Shown in pieces: positions 22,906 through 31,298 of a stretch of 34,746 bases of DNA. The stretch comes from an uncultured bacterium (GTDB taxonomy: Bacteria; Desulfobacterota; Deferrimicrobia; J040), in contig CAZPLX010000001.1 in NCBI GenBank assembly GCA_964587345.1, positions 1-34,746 of the forward strand, in the 5' to 3' direction. A program made the position numbers and the translations under genes. Under the pieces are notes generated by a model. That model had not been told where the DNA came from. It worked only from the letters and a program-made list of their open reading frames with translations, and made no database searches. The first letter of the stretch is position 1. Each line of letters begins with the position of its first letter.

Positions 22906-24246
22906 TTATGATTCTTCAAGAATTTTCTTGATCTCCTCTATTGCACGTGCGGTCTGAGGATCTTCCTGAATCTTTCGAGTGATCTTTTTAACCGCGTGAA
23001 GTACTGTTGTATGATCTCTCCCTCCGAATTTCTGTCCGATTTCTGGGAGAGAAAGCTCCGTATATTGGCGTATGAGATACATTGCAATCTGCCGGGGAAA
23101 GGTAATTACCTTGTGTTTCCTGCTCGATTTCATGTCGTTAATTTTTACCTGGAAATATGATCCAGTTGTCTTCATTATCATATCGGGAGAAACATTCGGC
23201 GTCCCGTTTTTAAGAAGGGAGGAGAGAACTTCCTTTGCGAGGGATAGGGTAATTTCTCTGTCCGAAAGGGAAGAGTACGCGTAAAGACGTTTTAAGGATC
23301 CTTCAAGTTCTCGTATGTTTGATTTCACGGATGACGCGAGAAAGAAAGCCACATCGTCCGGCAAATGAACTCTTAAAATCTCGGCTTTTTTTCTGAGAAT
23401 GGCAACTTTAGTTTCAGTGTCAGGTGGCTGAATGTCTGCGATGAGTCCCCACTCAAATCGGGAACGAAGCCTCTCCTCCAGATCGTGTATATCTTTCGGA
23501 AGATTATCTGAAGTAACCACAATCTGCTTGGAGGAGTTATAGAGATCGTTAAAAGTATGAAAAAACTCCTCTTGGGTTCTCTCTTTCCCTGCAATGAACT
23601 GAATGTCATCGATGAGCAGAAGATCAACTCCTCGGAATTTAATTCGAAAAGGATCTATTTTCTGAAAACGTATCGATGTAATAAGCTCGTTGGTAAACTT
23701 TTCCGAACTCATGTACCTGACACGGACCGATGGATTACCATTTAACACGTCATTGCCGATGGCGTTCAATAGATGGGTTTTTCCCAACCCAACACCTCCG
23801 TAAATAAAGAGAGGGTTATAGTGTTTAGCGGGATTGCTCGCAACGGCTGAGCACGCAGCATGGGCAAACTGGTTTCCCTGACCCACAACAAAACTCTCGA
23901 AGGTATAGAGAGGATTAATCGTTCCCTGGTGATTCGCGGGAGGGTCCCTCCTTTTTTCTGGTACCAGGAGGCGGTCCTTGAATATCTCCTCATCCTGGGG
24001 TTTTCTGTTCTCGGAAATGAAGCGTACTGTTACATCTTTTCCAAGTATATGTTTCGAGGATTCCAGAAACTGGTCGATATAGTTTTCCTCGATCCACTCC
24101 CTGAAAAACCTGTGGGGCACCTCGAGAAGAAGTTGGTTGTTTTCGAAAGCCACATAGTTCAATGGACGAAACCAGGTGTCAATTACCTGTTCGGACAGGT
24201 GTGTCTCGAGTTCCTTCAATATGTTTTCCCATACATTTTCAGACAT
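22906..24246 (-). CDS. dnaA: Chromosomal replication initiator protein DnaA
   Basis: 446 aa with AAA+ Walker A GGVGLGKTHLLNAIG, Walker B DLLLIDDIQF and the C-terminal DNA-binding signature IGQKFGGRDHTTVLHAVKKI. Confidence 0.98.
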   Translation of the reverse strand: MSENVWENILKELETHLSEQVIDTWFRPLNYVAFENNQLLLEVPHRFFREWIEENYIDQFLESSKHILGKDVTVRFISENRKPQDEEIFKDRLLVPEKRRDPPANHQGTINPLYTFESFVVGQGNQFAHAACSAVASNPAKHYNPLFIYGGVGLGKTHLLNAIGNDVLNGNPSVRVRYMSSEKFTNELITSIRFQKIDPFRIKFRGVDLLLIDDIQFIAGKERTQEEFFHTFNDLYNSSKQIVVTSDNLPKDIHDLEERLRSRFEWGLIADIQPPDTETKVAILRKKAEILRVHLPDDVAFFLASSVKSNIRELEGSLKRLYAYSSLSDREITLSLAKEVLSSLLKNGTPNVSPDMIMKTTGSYFQVKINDMKSSRKHKVITFPRQIAMYLIRQYTELSLPEIGQKFGGRDHTTVLHAVKKITRKIQEDPQTARAIEEIKKILEES

Positions 24247-24329
24247 TGATTATGAAGGGTGTAATCGGGAAAAAATCCCTGATTTTGGAAAGGTTCTTAA
24301 CTCTCTGGAATGAGGAGTTATTAACAGAC

Positions 24330-24338
24330 TTATCAACA
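24330..24338 (+). promoter_or_regulatory. DnaA box, 8/9 match (TTATCAACA)
   Basis: Read directly from the sequence. It forms the left arm of the near-palindrome cttatcaacaattgtggataag. Confidence 0.6.
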
Positions 24339-24340
24339 AT

Positions 24341-24349
24341 TGTGGATAA
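24341..24349 (-). promoter_or_regulatory. DnaA box, perfect consensus (TGTGGATAA, the complement of TTATCCACA)
   Basis: Read directly from the sequence, about 95 nt upstream of the dnaA start codon. Confidence 0.75.
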
Positions 24350-24575
24350 GTGTGTAGGTCCTTGACTTTAAAGTGAAAAATAGCTGCGGAAGAATAAAAA
24401 TATCCCATGAAGCCTCTCGTTAAGCCCGCTCAAATTGAAAGATGTCCCCCCTAGAATGGAGATTACAAGTAGTAAGGAACCTATCACAGTGAGAGCCTCA
24501 TTTCAAGGAGAAAGTAGGAAATAATGAGAGAGAAAAAAGAAAACGGATATATGGACAAATCTTTTCTATTTCCTG

Positions 24576-24612
24576 TTGACTTTTTACATGAATAAAAAAT
24601 AAACTATATAAC
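24576..24612 (+). promoter_or_regulatory. Candidate sigma70-type promoter for rpmH-rnpA-yidD-yidC
   Basis: TTGACT (24576-24581), an 18-nt spacer, then TAAACT (24600-24605). An alternative reading is TTTACA (24583-24588), 18 nt, then TATAAC (24607-24612). It lies 30-45 nt upstream of the rpmH ATG in an AT-rich context. Confidence 0.4.
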
Positions 24613-24644
24613 TTATTTGACTTGAGACGGGAAAAGAGGTGGAA

Positions 24645-24797
24645 ATGAAACGGACGTATCAACCCCATAATCTTCGTAGGCTGAGAACTCACGGTTTTAG
24701 AAAGAGGATGTCGACCCGAGCGGGAAGGGCGATTCTCAAGAGGAGGCGGGCCAAGGGGCGGAAACGGCTTGCGGTTGCTGTTACCGGGAAACAGTAG
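24645..24797 (+). CDS. rpmH: 50S ribosomal protein L34
   Basis: Hand-translated 50-aa [53 protein letters not shown]. It is below the ORF-track length cutoff. GAGGTGG lies upstream of the ATG. It has the canonical L34 N-terminus and the position upstream of rnpA. Confidence 0.95.
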   Translation: MKRTYQPHNLRRLRTHGFRKRMSTRAGRAILKRRRAKGRKRLAVAVTGKQ

Positions 24798-24803
24798 TAT
24801 AGG

Positions 24804-25154
24804 GTGATGGGGCACCGATTTACCTTCGGAAAAGATAGACGTATTCATCGACCCTTCGAGTATAAAAAAATCATCTCAGAGGGGCGAAGGGTTGCTACCC
24901 GGCATTTCACTCTGTTTTTCCAAAGACGGACTGATAACAGCAAAAGGATCGGGATTTCTGTGGGAAGGCGTGTGGGAAACGCCGTGGTGAGAAATCGGAT
25001 CAAGAGAATTTTGCGGGAAACGTTCAGGGTTCACAATGAACGGATCCCACAGGGAGTGGACATCGTGGTCATTGTTAGGTATGTGGAGAAAAATGAAACA
25101 CTCCACACTGTGTCTGAAGAATTTTTTCGGGCCCTTGTCAAGGCGGATCTATGA
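24804..25154 (+). CDS. rnpA: Ribonuclease P protein component
   Basis: 116 aa, basic, with an RNR motif (GNAVVRNRIKRILRE). The start is GTG at 24804 or ATG at 24807. The stop overlaps the yidD start (ATGA at 25151-25154). Confidence 0.9.
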   Translation: MMGHRFTFGKDRRIHRPFEYKKIISEGRRVATRHFTLFFQRRTDNSKRIGISVGRRVGNAVVRNRIKRILRETFRVHNERIPQGVDIVVIVRYVEKNETLHTVSEEFFRALVKADL

Positions 25155-25408
25155 GATTTGTGATCACAATAGTGGAAAGAATGATTATTCTTTGTGTGAA
25201 GACATACCGGCGCTTTCTCTCCCCTTTCCTTCCTGCCAGATGCCGCTACTATCCCTCCTGTTCTTCCTACATGGTCGATGCGGTGAAATTGAACGGTCCT
25301 CTTTTAGGCGTTCTCCAGGGGATTTTAAGAATCTTCAGGTGTAACCCACTCTTCTCCGGCGGAGTTGATCATCCAAAACGAATATCGGGAAAGGTGTGGA
25401 AATGGTAA
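25151..25408 (+). CDS. yidD: Membrane protein insertion efficiency factor YidD
   Basis: 85 aa with the motif YRRFLSPFLPARCRYYPSCSSY, located between rnpA and yidC. Confidence 0.9.
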   Translation: MRFVITIVERMIILCVKTYRRFLSPFLPARCRYYPSCSSYMVDAVKLNGPLLGVLQGILRIFRCNPLFSGGVDHPKRISGKVWKW

Positions 25409-27087
25409 AGAGAACAATTCTTGCGATGGTCCTTTCTTTTGCTGTACTTCTCGTTTTTCAGCTCTATCTGGAAAAACATAAGAAGACCATAAAAGAGGAA
25501 ACGGCACCCGTTGAGAAAGTAGAGAAGAAAGAGAAGGCGAAAAGCCAGGAAGAGAAAAAGAGAGCGCAAGTGGCGGGGGAAATCCCGGAAGCCCCTGTGA
25601 AAAAAGAAACCAGGGTTGCTCTGGCGTCAACAAAAGCCCTGTCAAAGTCACTCGAGATAGATACACCACTCTATCATGCACTTCTCAATAGTTCCGGAGG
25701 GGGTTTTTCACGTTTTACACTGAAAAAGTACAGAGAAAAGCCTGGGGAAAAGGCAAAGGGAGTCAATCTGATCGGAACAGATGGCCAGAAGGGGTTCCCC
25801 TATCAAATCAATACGTCACACTCAAACCCCCCTCTCCCCCCCACCCTCGTATTTCACACACAATCGGGTCCTCTCACATTAGGCTCTAAGGATACAAAAA
25901 AGATCCTTTTTACTTGGAAATCACGGGGAGGGTTCGAGATAGTCCGCATCTATACCTTCCACGGCGATTCCTACGTCGTAGATATTGCAACGGAGTATCG
26001 AAACGGGACGTCCTCAGAACGGGAGGTGACGCCCGGGGTTGAGATCATTCAGGATTACACTGAAGCACTCAAGGGTGACAAGTATTCTTTCAAAGGACTC
26101 GTTGCTGCAATTGGTTCTGATGTAAAAAGATTTACTCTTAAAAAAATTGGGAAGGGGAAGAAGCCTAAAGCCAGTGCAAACTGGATCGCAGTGGACAGTA
26201 AATATTTTACCTTGGGCTGTATTCCTGACAATCACGGCCAGGTAACGAAGGCGGTTCCCCTCGGAGAGGAGGGTATCTCGATCCTCTTCACGGAAGACTC
26301 AAAACGTCTTAATCCGGGGGATTCCTACAATTATTCCATTAAAGCGTATATTGGTCCAAAAGAAAGCAATGTTTTACACGGGGTAGGGGGAAAGTTTGAG
26401 TCGGTCCTCGACTACGGATTTTTCGGGTGGATTGCCAAGCCTCTTGTCCTCCTCCTGAAATATTCCAACAGAGTCTCGGGAAATTACGGCATCGATATTA
26501 TACTCCTCACCATCCTTATCAAGATCCTCTTTTACCCATTGACGCGAAAAAGCTTTATCTCCATGAAAAAGATGCAGGAAATTCAGCCCTACATGAAGAA
26601 GCTGAAGGAGAAGTATAAAGACGACAAATCGCGTTTGAACCAGGAAGTAATGACCCTCTACAAAACCTACAAGATCAATCCCCTGTCGGGGTGTCTACCC
26701 ATGGTCCTGCAAATTCCTGTCTTCTTCGCCCTTTACAAGGCCCTCCTTGTCGCGATTGAACTAAGACACTCTCCCTTTGCCTGGTGGATCAACGATCTCT
26801 CTGCGCCTGAATATCTGTTCGATTTTCATCTGTACGGATATACTCTTCCCCTCCGGTTGTTGCCTCTCTTGATGGGTGTGTCCATGTATTTCCAGCAGAA
26901 AATGACCCCCTCTGCCGGTGTCGATCCTACCCAGCAGAAGATGATGAATCTTCTTCCCGTTGTATTTACCTTTATGTTCTGGGGGTTTCCCAGCGGCCTT
27001 GTCCTCTACTGGCTGGTAAACAACATCATCACAATTGGCCAGCAAGGTTTTATAATGAAGGCAAAAGAGAAGGTTGAGGTAAAGTGA
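25402..27087 (+). CDS. yidC: Membrane protein insertase YidC (long, diderm-type with a periplasmic domain)
   Basis: N-terminal TM segment, a lysine/glutamate-rich linker, a large periplasmic domain and a C-terminal 60-kDa insertase core (NYGIDIILLTILIKILFYPLT...LKEKYKDD...GCLPMVLQIPVFFALY). The start is ATG at 25402 (SD-like GAAAGG upstream) or GTG at 25396. Confidence 0.95.
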   Translation: MVKRTILAMVLSFAVLLVFQLYLEKHKKTIKEETAPVEKVEKKEKAKSQEEKKRAQVAGEIPEAPVKKETRVALASTKALSKSLEIDTPLYHALLNSSGGGFSRFTLKKYREKPGEKAKGVNLIGTDGQKGFPYQINTSHSNPPLPPTLVFHTQSGPLTLGSKDTKKILFTWKSRGGFEIVRIYTFHGDSYVVDIATEYRNGTSSEREVTPGVEIIQDYTEALKGDKYSFKGLVAAIGSDVKRFTLKKIGKGKKPKASANWIAVDSKYFTLGCIPDNHGQVTKAVPLGEEGISILFTEDSKRLNPGDSYNYSIKAYIGPKESNVLHGVGGKFESVLDYGFFGWIAKPLVLLLKYSNRVSGNYGIDIILLTILIKILFYPLTRKSFISMKKMQEIQPYMKKLKEKYKDDKSRLNQEVMTLYKTYKINPLSGCLPMVLQIPVFFALYKALLVAIELRHSPFAWWINDLSAPEYLFDFHLYGYTLPLRLLPLLMGVSMYFQQKMTPSAGVDPTQQKMMNLLPVVFTFMFWGFPSGLVLYWLVNNIITIGQQGFIMKAKEKVEVK

Positions 27088-27123
27088 AGAAGGACTTGAA
27101 TGTTCGCTGGATGAGGTGTTTTG

Positions 27124-28518
27124 GTGGGGATAGACTGGGACCCGTACGGGGATGATACGATTGTAGCACCCATTACGCCCCACGGAATTGGGGCAGTGGG
27201 AATCGTGCGGATCTCCGGAACCACATCGTTACAGATTCTCAACACATTGACGGAAAGAGGGAGAAAAGTCTTTCTGCCGCGAAATGCGATTCGTGTTACC
27301 TTAAAAGATCCCGAGACAAAAGATCCTCTAGATACGGCCCTGGCCATTTATTTCCCTGCACCGGGGAGCTACACGGGGCAGGATGTGGTCGAAATCTCTC
27401 TCCATGGCAATCCTCTCATCATAAAAAGAGTGTGCGAATGTGCCCTGTTTCTCGGGGCCCGGATGGCGCGGCCCGGAGAATTTACGAGGCGTGCCTTCCA
27501 AAACGGTAAGATGGATCTTGCCCAGGCGGAAGCAGTACAGGAGGTTATCTCTGCGGGTTCTCTAGTGGCGGCAAGAGAAGCGGGCAAGCGGCTCACGGGA
27601 GATCTTGGAAAGAGGATCAGAAATATTCGAGAGCTGGTCCTGACTCTCATGGTAAAGCTCGAGACGGCCATAGATTTTCCAGAAGAGGAGATAGACGAGG
27701 TGTCGGGGTCACAGGGAGAGGAAGAGCTTGCTCGCCTCGTGGATGACATTGATGTCCTGCTCTCCTCATACCAGTACGGAAGAGCTCTCCAGGAGGGAGT
27801 GAATATCGTTATTGCGGGGTGCCCGAATGTAGGGAAATCGAGTCTTTTAAACTGTTTTCTCGGGAAGAAACGAGCGATTGTGTCTCCCCATCCCGGAACG
27901 ACGAGAGATTTTATCTCCGAGAGGCTGAACATTCGGGGGATCCCACTCAACATTATCGATACGGCGGGACTCAGGACAGTGTCAGAGGATCCTGTAGAAG
28001 AGGAGGGGCTTTTAAGGTCCCGGGAAATGATTCAACAGTCAGATCTCGTCCTTTTTGTTGTCGATGGCAGCGTGGACTTCTCCGCAGATGACCATGAAGC
28101 CCTTAAAGCTCTTTCGGGGGAGAGAGCAATTCTTGTTGTAAACAAAAAAGATCTCGGAATTAAAGCTTCTTTTTTGGATTTGATGGGGGAAGAGAAGTTT
28201 ATGGCTTTTACCTCTGTGTCTGCGAAAACGAAGGAGGGAATAGATGAACTGGAGGGCCAGATCTTTCACGTTTTATCGGGAGGTGAAGAGAGCGGGAAGA
28301 GGGACGTTCTCCTTGGGAGTCTTCGGCAGAAAGAGGCGCTTCAGAGGGGGAAAGAGTGTCTCCAAAGGGCTCTGGAAGGGCATCGGGAGAAGCGGTTTCT
28401 CGAATGTATCTCCCTCGACGTGAAGGAGGGAGCTCAAAGCCTCTCCTCACTTGTAGGTGAAATTACCTCGGAAGATATACTGGAAGAGATTTTCTCCCGT
28501 TTCTGCATCGGGAAATAA
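27124..28518 (+). CDS. mnmE: tRNA modification GTPase MnmE
   Basis: N-terminal DTIVAPITPHGIGAVGIVRISG, G motifs GCPNVGKSS, DTAGLR and NKKDL, and the C-terminal FCIGK tetrapeptide. The GTG at 27124 has GAGGTG 5 nt upstream. The track start (TTG at 27121) is too close to that SD. Confidence 0.95.
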   Translation: MGIDWDPYGDDTIVAPITPHGIGAVGIVRISGTTSLQILNTLTERGRKVFLPRNAIRVTLKDPETKDPLDTALAIYFPAPGSYTGQDVVEISLHGNPLIIKRVCECALFLGARMARPGEFTRRAFQNGKMDLAQAEAVQEVISAGSLVAAREAGKRLTGDLGKRIRNIRELVLTLMVKLETAIDFPEEEIDEVSGSQGEEELARLVDDIDVLLSSYQYGRALQEGVNIVIAGCPNVGKSSLLNCFLGKKRAIVSPHPGTTRDFISERLNIRGIPLNIIDTAGLRTVSEDPVEEEGLLRSREMIQQSDLVLFVVDGSVDFSADDHEALKALSGERAILVVNKKDLGIKASFLDLMGEEKFMAFTSVSAKTKEGIDELEGQIFHVLSGGEESGKRDVLLGSLRQKEALQRGKECLQRALEGHREKRFLECISLDVKEGAQSLSSLVGEITSEDILEEIFSRFCIGK

Positions 28519-28520
28519 AG

Positions 28521-28536
28521 TGTTCCACGTGGAACA
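28521..28536. promoter_or_regulatory. parS centromere-like site (TGTTCCACGTGGAACA, perfect 16-bp palindrome)
   Basis: Read directly from the sequence, 2 nt after the mnmE stop. It matches the parS consensus TGTTNCACGTGAAACA at 15/16 and is identical to the copy at 31283-31298. Confidence 0.8.
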
Positions 28537-28714
28537 ATTAGAAATTTCTGTTTCATATTAGAGAGTTATAATGTTATATGGTGTGTTGTTGATGGGATCT
28601 CGTCCATCTCCCCTGTTTCCCCTATTGCACATGCAAGGACAGATCGCACCCGGCAATGATATGGTAATATGATGATGGACACGCAATTTCATCTGCGGGA
28701 AAGGAGAAGTAAAG

Positions 28715-30598
28715 ATGAGGTGTGAGACGGTGTACGGAAAAGAGTACGATGTAATCGTTGTGGGGGGCGGTCACGCAGGATCTGAAGCTGCCCTCGCCTC
28801 GTCGCGCCTCGGGGCGTCGACTCTTCTTCTCACCATAAACCTCGATGCAATAGGCCTCATGTCGTGTAACCCGGCGATCGGAGGTCTTGCGAAGGGCCAT
28901 CTCGTGAGAGAAATCGATGCCCTTGGGGGAGAAATGGGTGTCAATATCGATAGGACAGGGATACAGTACCGCCAGTTGAACACCTCGAAGGGGCCTGCCG
29001 TGCGCTCCTCGAGAGCACAAGCGGACAAGCAGCTCTACAGACTACGGATGAAACGAAGCCTTGAGAGGCAGAAGGGACTTGATATAAAGCAAGAGATAGT
29101 TGAACATCTCGTTTTCTCCGGAGGGGCGGTGGTTGGAGTAGACACGAATCTCAAAGTACGCTACCTGGGGAAGACTGTTATCCTCGCTACGGGAACTTTC
29201 CTCAAAGGCTTGATCCACGTGGGTATGGTCAGCTACCCTGCAGGAAGGGCGGGAGATTTCCCTGCGATGAAGCTGTCTGATTCTCTCAAGAATGGGGGAT
29301 TGGAGGTAGGAAGGCTGAAAACGGGGACTACGCCGAGGTTGGACGGAAAAACTATTGATTTTTCTCATCTTATTCCTCAATGGGGGGATGAAAACCCCCG
29401 TCCTTTTTCTTTCGGTACAGAGAAAATCGATCGACCGCAGGTGCCCTGCTACATTACCTATACGTCCCGAAAAACCCATGAGATCATAAAAAGTGGATTG
29501 TCCCGGTCACCACTCTATTCTGGAGTGATCCGCGGAATAGGTCCCCGCTACTGTCCTTCAATCGAGGATAAGGTGGTGCGCTTTGCGGAAAAAGAGAGGC
29601 ACCAGGTTTTCCTCGAACCGGAAGGGCTCAAGAGTGCCGAGTACTATCCTAACGGTGTCTCTACGAGCCTTCCGATTGACATACAAATCAGATTCTTAAG
29701 GACAATACCTGGTCTTGAAAAAGTTGAAATCATGCGTCCAGGTTATGCAATTGAATACGATTTCGTCAATCCTCTCCAGCTCAAACCGAGTCTGGAAACA
29801 AAAGCCGTGGATAACCTTTTTCATGCAGGCCAGATCAACGGTACTTCGGGCTACGAAGAAGCGGCTGCCCAGGGAATCATCGCGGGAATCAACGCCGCGC
29901 AGAAGGTTTCAGGGAAAGACCCTCTTGTTCTAGACCGCTCTCAGGCGTATACAGGGGTGCTCATAGATGATCTCGTGACCAAAGGAGTTACAGAGCCCTA
30001 CAGAATGTTTACTTCCCGTGCAGAATATCGTCTGCTTCTCAGGGAAGACAACGCTGATCTTCGTCTTTCAGAGATAGGAAAGGAGCTCGGTCTGCTCGGC
30101 GAGGATCGTTACCACGTTTTTTCGAGAAAGAAAGGGGACATTGCGGCTGCCCTGGAATATTTGAGTAAGACCAGGGTAGGGGAAGGGCACCCTCTAACGG
30201 AAACCCTCACAGAGGGGGGCTTTTCAAGAATAAAAGGGGCCACACCGCTTCTTTCTCTTCTCAAGAGGCCGGAAGTATCAATCGGGATGGTTCAGGAAAG
30301 TGACCCGGCTCTTTCAGGGTTTGATAAGGATGCTCTCTATCAGGTGGAACTCAAGGTAAAATATGATGGGTACATACGGAGACAGAGGGGAGAAGTGGAA
30401 AAGTTCAAGAAAATGGAATCGTTAAAAATACCCAAAACATTTGATTTTTCACATATTTCAGGATTATCGAGAGAGGTGAGGGAGAAACTTGATAAGGTTC
30501 GCCCTGATTCTGTGGGCCAGGCGATGAGAATTCAGGGGGTGACGCCTGCTGCTGCGGCAATACTTCTCGTTGCTCTGAAGAAACGAGGTGGGAACTGA
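28715..30598 (+). CDS. mnmG: tRNA uridine 5-carboxymethylaminomethyl modification enzyme MnmG (GidA)
   Basis: 627 aa with the FAD-binding motif DVIVVGGGHAGSEAA and family-typical segments (NPAIGGLAKGHLVREIDALGG, GPRYCPSIEDK). AAGGAG lies upstream of the ATG. Confidence 0.97.
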   Translation: MRCETVYGKEYDVIVVGGGHAGSEAALASSRLGASTLLLTINLDAIGLMSCNPAIGGLAKGHLVREIDALGGEMGVNIDRTGIQYRQLNTSKGPAVRSSRAQADKQLYRLRMKRSLERQKGLDIKQEIVEHLVFSGGAVVGVDTNLKVRYLGKTVILATGTFLKGLIHVGMVSYPAGRAGDFPAMKLSDSLKNGGLEVGRLKTGTTPRLDGKTIDFSHLIPQWGDENPRPFSFGTEKIDRPQVPCYITYTSRKTHEIIKSGLSRSPLYSGVIRGIGPRYCPSIEDKVVRFAEKERHQVFLEPEGLKSAEYYPNGVSTSLPIDIQIRFLRTIPGLEKVEIMRPGYAIEYDFVNPLQLKPSLETKAVDNLFHAGQINGTSGYEEAAAQGIIAGINAAQKVSGKDPLVLDRSQAYTGVLIDDLVTKGVTEPYRMFTSRAEYRLLLREDNADLRLSEIGKELGLLGEDRYHVFSRKKGDIAAALEYLSKTRVGEGHPLTETLTEGGFSRIKGATPLLSLLKRPEVSIGMVQESDPALSGFDKDALYQVELKVKYDGYIRRQRGEVEKFKKMESLKIPKTFDFSHISGLSREVREKLDKVRPDSVGQAMRIQGVTPAAAAILLVALKKRGGN

Positions 30599-30601
30599 TC
30601 T

Positions 30602-31261
30602 ATGGAGTGTCAGACGCTTTTCAAGAAGGTTTTCAGAGAGGCGGAAATAAAGGTATCTGCGGAAAATATCGTGAGGTTCAGTGTATATCTGGAAGAACTG
30701 ATCAGGTGGAACAGGAAGATTAATCTCACGGGTTTGGTTCTCGCTGAAGAGATGGTTGTAAAACTGTTTGTCGACTCGGCCTTTGCCGCGCCATTCGTGA
30801 GGGAAGGAGCAAAAGTCCTGGATGTGGGGTCCGGGGGAGGTTTTCCGGGGATGGTCCTTGCCCTCATGTCTCCCCGTACACACTTTACTCTCGCAGAAAG
30901 CCGCCAGAAAAAGGTCGCTTTCCTCAAGAGAGTAAGAAGCATCACTAGGGCAAATAACGTCACAATCCATGGCAAACGAGTGGAGGAAAAGTCTCGTGAG
31001 GAACTAGGATTCTATGACGTGGTGATTTCCAGGGCGGCCGGGAAGACAGGGGAAATGGTAAGGCTTGGGAGGCAATTTCTCGAAAAAGGAGGAAAAATTA
31101 TCCTCATGAAGGGAAAGGAAGAGGAGTGTCCCAGCTACCAGGGCGCCCTTCGGCGGGTAGAGTATGAGCTTCCAAGCGGGTTCGGCCCCCGCTCCCTGTG
31201 GGTTCAGACCTCTGTAGGGGAAAAGGAAAACAGGAGGGGGATTGACTTTCTAAACCATTGA
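30602..31261 (+). CDS. rsmG: 16S rRNA (guanine527-N7)-methyltransferase RsmG (GidB)
   Basis: 219 aa with the SAM-binding motif VLDVGSGGGFPG and N-terminal WNRKINLTG. It occupies the canonical position after mnmG. Confidence 0.92.
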   Translation: MECQTLFKKVFREAEIKVSAENIVRFSVYLEELIRWNRKINLTGLVLAEEMVVKLFVDSAFAAPFVREGAKVLDVGSGGGFPGMVLALMSPRTHFTLAESRQKKVAFLKRVRSITRANNVTIHGKRVEEKSREELGFYDVVISRAAGKTGEMVRLGRQFLEKGGKIILMKGKEEECPSYQGALRRVEYELPSGFGPRSLWVQTSVGEKENRRGIDFLNH

Positions 31262-31282
31262 TATTGAAAATGTATTTTGCAT

Positions 31283-31298
31283 TGTTCCACGTGGAACA
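31283..31298. promoter_or_regulatory. parS centromere-like site (TGTTCCACGTGGAACA, perfect 16-bp palindrome)
   Basis: Read directly from the sequence. It lies in the rsmG-parA spacer, 21 nt after the rsmG stop and 57 nt before the parA ATG, and is followed by a T-rich run (tttctccttt). Confidence 0.8.

Larger units (their letters stand above)
24247..24644. other. dnaA-rpmH divergent spacer: second DnaA-box module, dnaA and rpmH promoters, and the strand-switch point
   Basis: 398-bp non-coding region with an inverted pair of DnaA boxes at 24330-24349. It is the only point in the window where gene orientation flips. Confidence 0.6.

Noticed and set aside
22728-22919. 63-aa minus-strand ORF in the dnaA-dnaN spacer.
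   Set aside because: It overlaps the dnaA 3' end and covers the DnaA boxes and AT-rich region. It has no SD and no recognisable protein features, so the region is better explained as oriC.
24162-24365. 67-aa plus-strand ORF running from inside the dnaA 5' end across the DnaA-box palindrome.
   Set aside because: It is antisense to the dnaA N-terminus, has no SD, and contains the regulatory palindrome. It is a chance ORF.
24498-24848. 116-aa minus-strand ORF spanning the rpmH gene and its promoter region.
   Set aside because: It is antisense to the clearly conserved L34 coding sequence and runs through the AT-rich promoter region. Its translation is a Pro/Ser/Phe-rich nonsense sequence.
27088-27123. 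A possible missing jag/khpB gene between yidC and mnmE, and a missing noc between rsmG and parA, relative to the Bacillus gene order.
   Set aside because: The spacer is only about 36 nt, so there is no room for a degraded gene. Absence of jag and noc is common outside Firmicutes and is not evidence of a deletion event.
28591-28608. Small hairpin GATGG-N8-CCATC in the mnmG leader, considered as a terminator for mnmE.
   Set aside because: It has only a 5-bp stem and is followed by C-rich sequence (tcccctgtttcccc) rather than a T-run, so it is not a convincing intrinsic terminator.
29211-29226. parS-like sequence TGATCCACGTGGGTAT inside mnmG.
   Set aside because: Only about 11/16 positions match the window's parS, and the right arm is lost. 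It is probably a chance CCACGTGG core in coding sequence.
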